A stretch of DNA of 42,299 bases from Thermoproteota archaeon (GTDB lineage Archaea > Thermoproteota > EX4484-205 > JAAOZP01), in NCBI GenBank assembly GCA_038850115.1, contig JAWCMB010000008.1:1-42299 (forward strand), given 5' to 3'. Within the stretch, counting starts at the first letter, position 1. The number at the start of each line of letters is the position of its first letter. Below the pieces are notes generated by a model. It saw nothing but the letters and a program-made list of their open reading frames with translations. It was not told where the DNA came from and searched no databases. The translations under genes were made by a program, and so were the position numbers. Shown in pieces: positions 1 through 7,500 of this stretch.

Positions 1-2
1 AA

Positions 3-848
3 ATCTCCGCGGCTGAGGAAACAGGAGAATGGGGTCTCAGGATAGTCGCCGTAGACGGACAGGGGAACAGCGGGGACCTTTTGCTGAAAATAAGGATTGT
101 TCCGGCTAGGCTGCGTGTAGAGCTGCTAAGCCCGCTGGGCAGCGTCTTCTCCAGGACAGAGGAAATACCGCTTAGCGTGATGGTAAAATACCCGTCCCAC
201 GAGGCTTTCACACTGGGGGACGGTTCAGTAAACGCTACGCTTCTTCATAATGGCGTTGAACAGGCTTCAACCCGTCTCAGGTTCTCAGCTGGAAGCTGGG
301 TTGGATACATCAGTGCTCCCAGAAGCGCTCCCTTGGGGCAATACATGTTGAACATTTCCGCCGGAGACCCGAGTGGGAACAGTGGTTCCTACCTCTTTCC
401 CCTCGAAATAACTAAGGCTGTTCTAAGCCTTGAAATAGAGGACTTTAAAGATGCTTACCAAATAGGTTTCGAAACGGTGTTCTTCAAAATCGTTGTAAAG
501 TATCCGGATGATTCAACGCTTGAAGACGGGGATGTTTCTGCCACAGTCTCCTCCGGCAGCATGAAGCATGCAGTGAGTTTGAAATACGAGGAGGGTAAGT
601 GGGTTGGAACATACTATCTTCCAATCACTAATCCCGCCGGGGACTATAGGGTGGTAATAAGCGCTGAAGACCCGTATGGCAACGCTGGCGTTAAAGAGGT
701 CTACTTCGGCGCGAGCAACCTTTACTTAATCCTAATAGTCATAAGCTTCGCGATTGTCTTGGCTGTTTCAGTATCATTATTGTTGCTCCGGAGACGTAGA
801 CTACAGTTCCCCCCAGCACCAGAGGAGCAGGGCTTCCCCGCCCAGTAA
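3..848 (+). CDS. Membrane-anchored cell-surface protein with tandem ~100-aa Ig-like/beta-sandwich repeats (5'-truncated by window edge)
   Basis: Frame is open from position 3 (ISAAEETGEWGLRIVAVDGQGNSG...). The motif recurs as GQYMLNISAGDPSGNSG and GDYRVVISAEDPYGNAG. C-terminal hydrophobic helix LYLILIVISFAIVLAVSVSLLLL is followed by RRRR. Confidence 0.75.
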   Translation: MSAAEETGEWGLRIVAVDGQGNSGDLLLKIRIVPARLRVELLSPLGSVFSRTEEIPLSVMVKYPSHEAFTLGDGSVNATLLHNGVEQASTRLRFSAGSWVGYISAPRSAPLGQYMLNISAGDPSGNSGSYLFPLEITKAVLSLEIEDFKDAYQIGFETVFFKIVVKYPDDSTLEDGDVSATVSSGSMKHAVSLKYEEGKWVGTYYLPITNPAGDYRVVISAEDPYGNAGVKEVYFGASNLYLILIVISFAIVLAVSVSLLLLRRRRLQFPPAPEEQGFPAQ

Positions 849-879
849 GGCTTTTCTTTCAGTGCCGCGTAGAGTTGCC

Positions 880-1266
880 ATGCCTAGGAGAAGCAGGAGG
901 GTTAGGCCGACGCACAAGGGGACTACAATACTGTTTAAAGCAGGGAGGGTTCCTGCCACTGTGGACGAGATGTTCTCACGGGTTTTCTGGAGGAGCCCTC
1001 TGCTGGCGTCTGAGGCGAAGGTTTTCTGCGAGCAGCTTGTTTCAAGGGGGTCCTCAGGAATGAGTGTGGGTGAGTGGAGAAACTGGGTGGGGAGGAGAAG
1101 GATTACTGTGGGCCAGTTCTACAACATGATTAGGGGGCTTGTTGGAGCGGGTATTGTGGAGAAGAGAGAGGGGTCATGGCATATAAGCGCTGGCTTCCTC
1201 AGGGAGCTTGAGCAATTCATAATAATCTACACGTCTTTCACGAATTTCAAGCATAGGTTGAGCTAA
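880..1266 (+). CDS. Hypothetical protein, probable winged helix-turn-helix DNA-binding protein
   Basis: ATG at 880 (MPRRSRRVRP...) avoids overlap with the upstream gene. Basic N-terminus; ITVGQFYNMIRGLVGAGIVEKREGSWHIS fits a recognition helix plus wing. Confidence 0.6.
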   Translation: MPRRSRRVRPTHKGTTILFKAGRVPATVDEMFSRVFWRSPLLASEAKVFCEQLVSRGSSGMSVGEWRNWVGRRRITVGQFYNMIRGLVGAGIVEKREGSWHISAGFLRELEQFIIIYTSFTNFKHRLS

Positions 1267-1472
1267 GCCTTCCTCTTCCTGCCACTCGTCTTCTCGTTCT
1301 CTACAACTATCTTATCGGCAACTATCTTCACCACTAGACCACCTCTCCTCCTTAAGGGGAATGCTGAATCGTTTACGATCTTGCTCGGTAGGTAGAGCAT
1401 GGTGGCGGAGTATGTTTTTCCACGGAGCCTCTTGTTAAGCACGTAGAGCCTGGTGCTCGCCTTCTTAACCAT
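1263..1472 (-). CDS. Small basic AbrB/MazE/SpoVT-like (swapped-hairpin) DNA-binding protein
   Basis: 69 aa. YSATMLYLPSKIV...FPL...LVVKIVADKIVVE matches the AbrB-fold pattern (xxLPxxI..., terminal beta hairpin); Lys/Arg-rich. Confidence 0.6.
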   Translation of the reverse strand: MVKKASTRLYVLNKRLRGKTYSATMLYLPSKIVNDSAFPLRRRGGLVVKIVADKIVVENEKTSGRKRKA

Positions 1473-1500
1473 CTTGGCTTAAACAGGGAATTAAGGTAGT

Positions 1501-1532
1501 TAAAGATTTATCTTAGCCGTCGAACAGGCTAA
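1501..1532. promoter_or_regulatory. Divergent promoter region with BRE/TATA-like AAAGATTTATC and adjacent inverted repeat TTAGCC-N8-GGCTAA
   Basis: AAGAT-TT-ATCTT (1503-1514) and TTAGCC (1513-1518)/GGCTAA (1527-1532) lie between the AbrB-like gene and tatD. Confidence 0.4.
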
Positions 1533-1542
1533 CTCGGCCTCC

Positions 1543-2304
1543 TTGAAGATTGTGGATGCGCACGCCCACCTGAGCGACGGGTCGTTCGAGGCAGACCTGG
1601 ACTTGGTTGTTCTGAAGGCTAGGGAAAACGGTTTGGCAGCCATCGTGGACTGCGGCCTAGGGCTGGAGGGAGGCTTAAAGTCTCTAAGCATTTCGGAAAG
1701 ATTCAGAGGCTACGTTTACTCGACTATAGGCATCGACTACGGCGGCCCGTTCTCGGCTAGTCACGAGGAAATAATTAAGCTGATCTTAGATAATAGGAGC
1801 AGGATAATCGGGGTTGGGGAAGTCGGCTTAGACTACTACACGGTTAAGGCGCGCGAGGACAGGGTTAGGCTGATCGAGGTTTTCAAAGGATTCATAGAGC
1901 TTGCTGAGAAGCTTGGTTTCCCCATAATAGTTCACTCGAGGAGTGCGGGAAGAGACGCTCTCGAAATACTTGTTGAAAACAACGCTAAGAAGGTTCTTAT
2001 GCATGCTTTCGACGGGAAAGCCTCCCACGCCATGAAGGGTGTTGAAGCAGGGTTCTTCTTCAGCATCCCCCCTTCAGTAGTAAGATCGCCTCAGAAGCAG
2101 AAGCTTGCCGCCAGGCTCCCTATTGAAAACATTCTTCTGGAGTCAGACTCGCCGGTTCTCGGGGTCGACCCCTTCAGGAGGAATGAGCCCGCCGACATAG
2201 TTTTCAGCCTCAGGGAGATAGCGAGGATAAAAAGGATTGACCCGGAGGTCGTCGCGGAGGAGACTACTAGAAACGCGTGTAAGCTTTTCGGGCTGAGACT
2301 GTAA
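1543..2304 (+). CDS. tatD: TatD family metal-dependent deoxyribonuclease
   Basis: Motifs DAHAH, GEVGLDY, IVHSR, MHAF, LESDSP; 253 aa; TTG start. Confidence 0.92.
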   Translation: MKIVDAHAHLSDGSFEADLDLVVLKARENGLAAIVDCGLGLEGGLKSLSISERFRGYVYSTIGIDYGGPFSASHEEIIKLILDNRSRIIGVGEVGLDYYTVKAREDRVRLIEVFKGFIELAEKLGFPIIVHSRSAGRDALEILVENNAKKVLMHAFDGKASHAMKGVEAGFFFSIPPSVVRSPQKQKLAARLPIENILLESDSPVLGVDPFRRNEPADIVFSLREIARIKRIDPEVVAEETTRNACKLFGLRL

Positions 2305-2897
2305 TGTTTTTCATAGGAATAGACCTTGCTGGTGTTGAAAAAAAGCCGAGTGGCTTCGCAGTCCTAGATGAATTCATGAGCGTCTCCACGATGATCCTGT
2401 ACACCGACGCGGAGGTCTTGCGAGAGGTTTTGCGTTTAAAACCTGTTGTAACCGCGATAGATGCTCCCCTCTCCATGCCTAAGGGAAGAATCAGCCTGGA
2501 GGCTGGGAGCAACATTCACTTCAGGGGCTGCGACCTTGAGCTTCTGAAAAGAGGCATAAGGTTCTTTCCAGTGACACTGGGGCCGATGAGGCTCCTGACC
2601 GAAAGAGGCATCAGGCTTAGAAACATGCTTGAGTCCTCAGGCTTCAAGGTGATAGAGGTCTACCCTGGGGGAGCCCAGGATATTCTTGGGGTGCCGCGCA
2701 AATCCGCTGGCGTTGAGAGGCTTAGAAAAGGCTTGGCCCGCCTTAAAATAAAGGGTTTGAGAGAAGTGAAGACTCACCATGAGCTTGACGCTGTAACTGC
2801 AGCACTGGTGGCGAAGATGTTTCACGATGGTGATTACGAGGCCTATGGGGATCCTGAGGAAGGCCTGATAGTGATGCCTACTGGAAAAAGGAATTAG
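2304..2897 (+). CDS. DUF429 family predicted nuclease (RNase H-like fold)
   Basis: IGIDLAG, AIDAPLS, IEVYP and HELDAVTAA acidic motifs; start overlaps the tatD stop (TAATG). Confidence 0.85.
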   Translation: MFFIGIDLAGVEKKPSGFAVLDEFMSVSTMILYTDAEVLREVLRLKPVVTAIDAPLSMPKGRISLEAGSNIHFRGCDLELLKRGIRFFPVTLGPMRLLTERGIRLRNMLESSGFKVIEVYPGGAQDILGVPRKSAGVERLRKGLARLKIKGLREVKTHHELDAVTAALVAKMFHDGDYEAYGDPEEGLIVMPTGKRN

Positions 2898-2926
2898 GAT
2901 AAGGTTTATCAACACTGTCTTAGACA
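2898..2926 (+). promoter_or_regulatory. Putative BRE/TATA (GATAAGGTTTATC) with downstream palindrome TGTCT-T-AGACA upstream of lhr
   Basis: The same GATAAGGTTTAT string occurs at 27424-27435 upstream of another gene start; palindrome at 2916-2926. Confidence 0.4.
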
Positions 2927-2951
2927 TAGGTTTACTGAAGGAACCCGGGTA

Positions 2952-5597
2952 ATGTCTGAGGCACCATACAGGTTCTACACGGTTAAGAGTTCGCTCGAGG
3001 ATGTTGTTAAAATACTCCATCCCATAATTGGGGAATGGTTCAGAAGCAGGTTCAGAGGGTTGACTCCTCCCCAGTCCTATGGGATAATGCCGATCAGGAG
3101 TGGTGAGAACACTTTAATATCGGCGCCGACTGGAAGCGGGAAGACGCTTGCATGCTTCCTAACCATACTGGATGATTTGATTAAAACGGGTTTCGAAGGC
3201 AGGCTTGAGGACAGGGTTTACTGCGTATACGTTTCTCCATTAAGGTCTTTGAATAACGATGTGAGGAAGAATCTTTCACAGCCTCTAGATGAGCTTAGGA
3301 GGCTCGCCGAGGAGAAGGGTGTCTCGCTTCCAGACATAAGGATCCATGTCAGGACCGGTGACACTAAGACCTCTGAAAGGGGGAAGATGCTTAAGAAGCC
3401 GCCCCACATACTTATAACGACTCCTGAAAGCCTCTCAATAATCCTCGTAGCCCCGAAGTTCAGGTCTTTCCTGAAGGGAGTCAGATGGGTTGTGGTCGAC
3501 GAGATACATGAGCTTTGCAGCTCTAAGAGAGGCGCCCACCTCTCTCTCAGCCTTGAAAGATTGAGAAGCTTCTCGGGGCAGGAATTCCAGAGGATAGGCT
3601 TGTCCGCCACCATCCACCCGTTGGAGAAGGTTGCCGCCTACCTCGTTGGATACGATGATGCTTCTCCAAGGCCGTGCACCATAGTTGACGTGCATGCTTC
3701 GAAGAAGTTTGAGCTTAAGGTGGTTTCGCCGCATCATGATCTTGTTCGCACGCCTGCTGAGAAGCTTAGCAGAAGGATGTACAGACTGATAAACAGCATA
3801 ATAAGGCGCAACAGGACAACGCTCATATTTACGAATACTCGGAGCAGCACGGAGAGGGTTGTCTATCATCTTAAGAAGCTGAGGCCGAAGAGCGTTTTGA
3901 GCGAGGACGAGTATGCTGCCCACCACTCCTCCCTCTCCCGTGAAGTCAGGCTTGATGTTGAAGACAAGTTGAAGAACGGGAAGCTTAAAGCTGTTGTGAC
4001 CAGTACCTCGCTTGAGCTCGGAATAGACATTGGCTTCATAGACTGTGTTGTTCAAATAGGCTCGCCGAAGTCGGTGACGAGGGCTATTCAGCGGGTCGGG
4101 CGTTCAGGCCATTCGCTTGAAACTGTTTCCAAGGGTATTTTCATCCCGATGGAGAGGGATGACCTTATCGAGGTGCTCGTTATGTCTAAGGCTGCTGAAG
4201 CCGGTAGGCTTGACGAGGCATATATTCCGGAGAACCCTCTGGACGTGCTGGCTCAACACATTGTAGGAATGTCTGTTGAGAGAAAATGGAGCGTGGAGGA
4301 GGCGTTCAGGCTTGTCAGAAGATCATACAATTTCAGGAACCTAGATAAGGATGTTTTCACCAGTGTCCTAAGGTATTTAAGCGGCTACTACAGGCAGCTT
4401 GAGGGATACAAGGTTTACGGGAAAATCTGGCTTGACGAGGCTGACGGCGTCTTCGGCAGAAGGGGGAACCTGGCCAGGGTGATCTACATGACTAATACCG
4501 GTACGATACCCGACATGGCGATGGTTAAAGTCTTCACGAAGGACAGTAAGCCTGTTGGGAACATAGAGGAAGAGTTTTTCGAAAGACTCTCGCCCGGCGA
4601 TATTTTCCTCCTCGGAGGGAAACCATACAGGTGTGTTAAAAGCCGTTTGATGAAGCTTATCGTGGAGCCTGCTGGGGGTGAGAAGCCTACTGTACCTCAA
4701 TGGTTCTCCGAGATGCTTCCCCTATCGTATGATCTGGCTAACATGATAGACGAGTTCAGAACAAGAGAGCTTCAGACAATACTTTTCGACAGGAGGGAGA
4801 ACAGGGTTAGGCAGTACATGGAGCGTTTTAAAATAGACAGGAAGACTGCCACTGCACTCTACGATTATCTGAAGGTTACTGCTGAATACTTCAACAACAT
4901 AGGCGTACTGCCGTACGTCAGGAGGGGCTCGCTGCTGGTTGAGAACTATCTCGACGCCTCAGGTAGGCAGATAGTCGTGTTCCACAGTCTCGCAGGTAGG
5001 AGAGTGAACGATGTTCTTTCAAGGGCCTACGCGGTTGCAGCTTCAAACCTTCTGGGCTCGGTTTCAGTCCAGATATCCGTGGGCGACAACGGTTTCCTCC
5101 TAATACTCCCCCCGAAGTACAGGGTTGACCCTGAGAAGGTTATTAAGTCAGTTGACTCTTCAAACCTCTACGACCTCGCCCTCTCCTCAATAGAGAAAAC
5201 AGACATGTTGAAACACAGGTTTAGACACGTTGCCGTAAGGAGCTTCATGATACTGCGAAACTATAAGGGTCACGAGGTTATGGTTTCCAAGCTCCAGTTG
5301 AACTCTGAGCATGTTCTTAAGGCTATAAAGGATTTAAAGGATTTCCCGGTTATGAGGGAAACATACAGGGAGATTCTTGAGGATGCGATGGATATTAAAA
5401 ACGCTTTGAGATTCGTGTCCGAGCTTGAGGGTGGCGCAAGGGTTCCGCTCGTCTGCAAGCCGAGTAGGGTGGCTTCTCCGATTGCCCACTCGCTGCTTCT
5501 CTCAAGCTTCACAGACGTGGTTCTGATGGAGGATAAGAGGGCGCTGCTCGAAAGGCTTCACAGGGAGGTTCTTGCAACAATACATGCAGCTGACTGA
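2952..5597 (+). CDS. lhr: Lhr-core SF2 ATP-dependent DNA/RNA helicase
   Basis: APTGSGKT (Walker A), YVSPLRSLNND, RTGDT, TTPESL, DEIH, GLSAT, HHSSL, TSLELGIDIG, QRVGRSGH, LDVLAQHI (winged helix), NTGTIP; 881 aa with no C-terminal glycosylase extension. Confidence 0.95.
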   Translation: MSEAPYRFYTVKSSLEDVVKILHPIIGEWFRSRFRGLTPPQSYGIMPIRSGENTLISAPTGSGKTLACFLTILDDLIKTGFEGRLEDRVYCVYVSPLRSLNNDVRKNLSQPLDELRRLAEEKGVSLPDIRIHVRTGDTKTSERGKMLKKPPHILITTPESLSIILVAPKFRSFLKGVRWVVVDEIHELCSSKRGAHLSLSLERLRSFSGQEFQRIGLSATIHPLEKVAAYLVGYDDASPRPCTIVDVHASKKFELKVVSPHHDLVRTPAEKLSRRMYRLINSIIRRNRTTLIFTNTRSSTERVVYHLKKLRPKSVLSEDEYAAHHSSLSREVRLDVEDKLKNGKLKAVVTSTSLELGIDIGFIDCVVQIGSPKSVTRAIQRVGRSGHSLETVSKGIFIPMERDDLIEVLVMSKAAEAGRLDEAYIPENPLDVLAQHIVGMSVERKWSVEEAFRLVRRSYNFRNLDKDVFTSVLRYLSGYYRQLEGYKVYGKIWLDEADGVFGRRGNLARVIYMTNTGTIPDMAMVKVFTKDSKPVGNIEEEFFERLSPGDIFLLGGKPYRCVKSRLMKLIVEPAGGEKPTVPQWFSEMLPLSYDLANMIDEFRTRELQTILFDRRENRVRQYMERFKIDRKTATALYDYLKVTAEYFNNIGVLPYVRRGSLLVENYLDASGRQIVVFHSLAGRRVNDVLSRAYAVAASNLLGSVSVQISVGDNGFLLILPPKYRVDPEKVIKSVDSSNLYDLALSSIEKTDMLKHRFRHVAVRSFMILRNYKGHEVMVSKLQLNSEHVLKAIKDLKDFPVMRETYREILEDAMDIKNALRFVSELEGGARVPLVCKPSRVASPIAHSLLLSSFTDVVLMEDKRALLERLHREVLATIHAAD

Positions 5598-6327
5598 GGA
5601 TGTTGAGATAATAGAGTTCGAGCCGGCTCTATACGTTAAACCCCTGGATGCTATCGTTGTTGCAGACATCCACCTCGGCTTAGAATGGGAGCTTGAGGAG
5701 AAGGGGGTGCATATTCCTTTCCCAACCTACACCCCTATAATCAAATCCCTGAGGAACATGTTCAACCGCAGGTCTTCAAGAAGACTGATAATTCTCGGAG
5801 ATATTAAGAACGAGTTTGGGGACATAAACCCGGAAGAATGGACTCAGGTTCAGGATTTTGTTAACGATGTTCGAAGCCTGGGTGCGGAACCCCTGCTGGT
5901 AAGGGGGAACCATGATAATTTTGTGAGGGTTGTTCTCAGGAGGCTTAACGTTGAGTTTCAGGATCCGCCCCTGAGGCTTGGAAAATTCCTCCTTATACAC
6001 GGCGATAAGGATCATGAGCTGCCGGGGGAGGAAAGCATCCTGCTGATGGGGCATGAGCATCCCGTCGTCTCCATAAGGGATTCAATAGGGGTTAAACACA
6101 GGTTTAAAAGCTTCCTCTACGGTGAGCATGGCGGGGTTAGGATAATCGTGCTCCCCTCGATGAACCCGTTGACCATGGGGATGGCTGTGAACGAGGCGGA
6201 TTCGAAAGATCTTCTCTCTCCAATCCTAAGAAGGGTGGACTTAATGTCTTTCACCCCAATACTTCTCGCCCAGGGCGAAGGGTTGAAGTCGTTCCCCAAG
6301 CTGAGCAGTCTAGCCGCGTACCGGTGA
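5584..6327 (+). CDS. Lhr-associated metallophosphoesterase (MPE, calcineurin-like nuclease)
   Basis: ADIHLG, LGDIK, RGNHD, IHGD and GHEHP metal-binding motifs; ATG at 5584 overlaps the end of lhr. Confidence 0.88.
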   Translation: MQLTEDVEIIEFEPALYVKPLDAIVVADIHLGLEWELEEKGVHIPFPTYTPIIKSLRNMFNRRSSRRLIILGDIKNEFGDINPEEWTQVQDFVNDVRSLGAEPLLVRGNHDNFVRVVLRRLNVEFQDPPLRLGKFLLIHGDKDHELPGEESILLMGHEHPVVSIRDSIGVKHRFKSFLYGEHGGVRIIVLPSMNPLTMGMAVNEADSKDLLSPILRRVDLMSFTPILLAQGEGLKSFPKLSSLAAYR

Positions 6328-6330
6328 GGC

Positions 6331-6912
6331 TCAAAAACCCGGTGGAAGAACAGTTATGCCGAGCAGGCTTCCCGCGAGCCCTGTCAGAGTGCCCAACACC
6401 GTATGCTGAAAATTATGCTCGCCAGTGTTAACACGCGCCCACGCTAAAACCGGTATGAGGGGCAGAAGTATTAAACCGTAGGACCCGTAGGAGTAGATGA
6501 TTAAGACAACGGTGGATGTTAAGCCGGCAACGTGAATACTTACTTTTGTCTTTAAAGTCAGCAGGAGGAGGATTAGGGATGTTGCTAGGAATGAGGCTGA
6601 AGCTGTTCTCATCAGCCTCATGCCCCAGATTTGGAAGACGCATGCGGACGCCGCGTAGCCGATTAACCCTGGTGTAAAGTGTTTAGGCCTCCTCCTTCTT
6701 TCACTCATAAAAATGTCTGTTCTTCCCTGCAGCCTAAGGAAGTAGACGCTTACAAAGGGGATCAGGCTGTAGAAGAGCAGCACTGTTAGAACGTTTAGAG
6801 CAATATTGCTTAGGAAAGCCTTCTCCCTCGCCATTACTGCGAGTCCTCCAAGCCCGCCTACGACAGGGTTGGATAGGAGGTAGGAAAGCGCTTTAGCAGT
6901 GTTTCGCGTCAA
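6331..6912 (-). CDS. Integral membrane protein, PAP2-superfamily-like
   Basis: About 6 hydrophobic helices; KVSIH and WARVxxxEH resemble PAP2 C2/C3 motifs. Confidence 0.6.
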   Translation of the reverse strand: MTRNTAKALSYLLSNPVVGGLGGLAVMAREKAFLSNIALNVLTVLLFYSLIPFVSVYFLRLQGRTDIFMSERRRRPKHFTPGLIGYAASACVFQIWGMRLMRTASASFLATSLILLLLTLKTKVSIHVAGLTSTVVLIIYSYGSYGLILLPLIPVLAWARVNTGEHNFQHTVLGTLTGLAGSLLGITVLPPGF

Positions 6913-7011
6913 GCCTCCTCGATGAAAGCATAATGTTTTAAAAAGCTTCCCGCAACAGTCTGTTTAATGCTCAAAATGCCCTCCCAGAGGCTTCCAGTAG
7001 CCTGGAGAAAC

Positions 7012-7434
7012 ATGCTGTTTAAGTGCAGGCTTTGCGGTGAAAAATGCTGTGGTCTCAGCCCCGAGGTTTCTGGAGAAGATTTTGAGAGGATTAGGAGAGT
7101 CTACCCGTCTTTCAAACCATACCTTTCTCCTGAGGGTAAGCTGATTCTGATGGGTGAAAACGGTTTCTGCCCGTTCCTCAGAAACGGTCTGTGCGTAATC
7201 CACGAGTATAAGCCTGTTTTATGCAGAATATACCCTTTCTACCCTGTTAAAAAGAGGCTTATGGAGGGTCTCCTGGGGCTACCCCAGGATGCGGAGGTGG
7301 TTAAACACGGTGTTGAAGAATACGTTTTCATCTTCGACGAGGATTGCCCCGGAGTTGGGGAAGGCGATCCTGTTGATTTCAAGAAGCTACTGGAGATTTT
7401 TCTCGCTGCGGAAGCCTCACCCGGCTCTTTTTAA
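7012..7434 (+). CDS. YkgJ/CxxCxxCC family cysteine-cluster (Zn or Fe-S) protein
   Basis: CRLCGEKCC, CPFL, CVIHEYKPVLCRIYPF, CPGVG; start may be 6967, 6976 or 7012. Confidence 0.85.
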   Translation: MLFKCRLCGEKCCGLSPEVSGEDFERIRRVYPSFKPYLSPEGKLILMGENGFCPFLRNGLCVIHEYKPVLCRIYPFYPVKKRLMEGLLGLPQDAEVVKHGVEEYVFIFDEDCPGVGEGDPVDFKKLLEIFLAAEASPGSF

Positions 7435-7500
7435 ACACGGTGCGTCTAACGCTTTTTAAAGCCTCAGAAAAATTTTTACCCTCCCCGACACTTCAATGCC

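Noticed and set aside
754-879. Upstream extension of the wHTH-like ORF
   Set aside because: It overlaps the surface-protein gene in another frame; ATG 880 is the more plausible start.
7271-7289. Perfect hairpin TCCTGGGG-CTA-CCCCAGGA inside the CxxCxxCC gene
   Set aside because: Single occurrence within coding sequence with no U-tract or repeat family; could be chance.
7301-7442. 12-bp direct repeat TTAAACACGGTG at 7301-7312 and 7431-7442
   Set aside because: Only two copies, no mobile-element gene between them and no disruption of the reading frame; not a CRISPR or target-site duplication.
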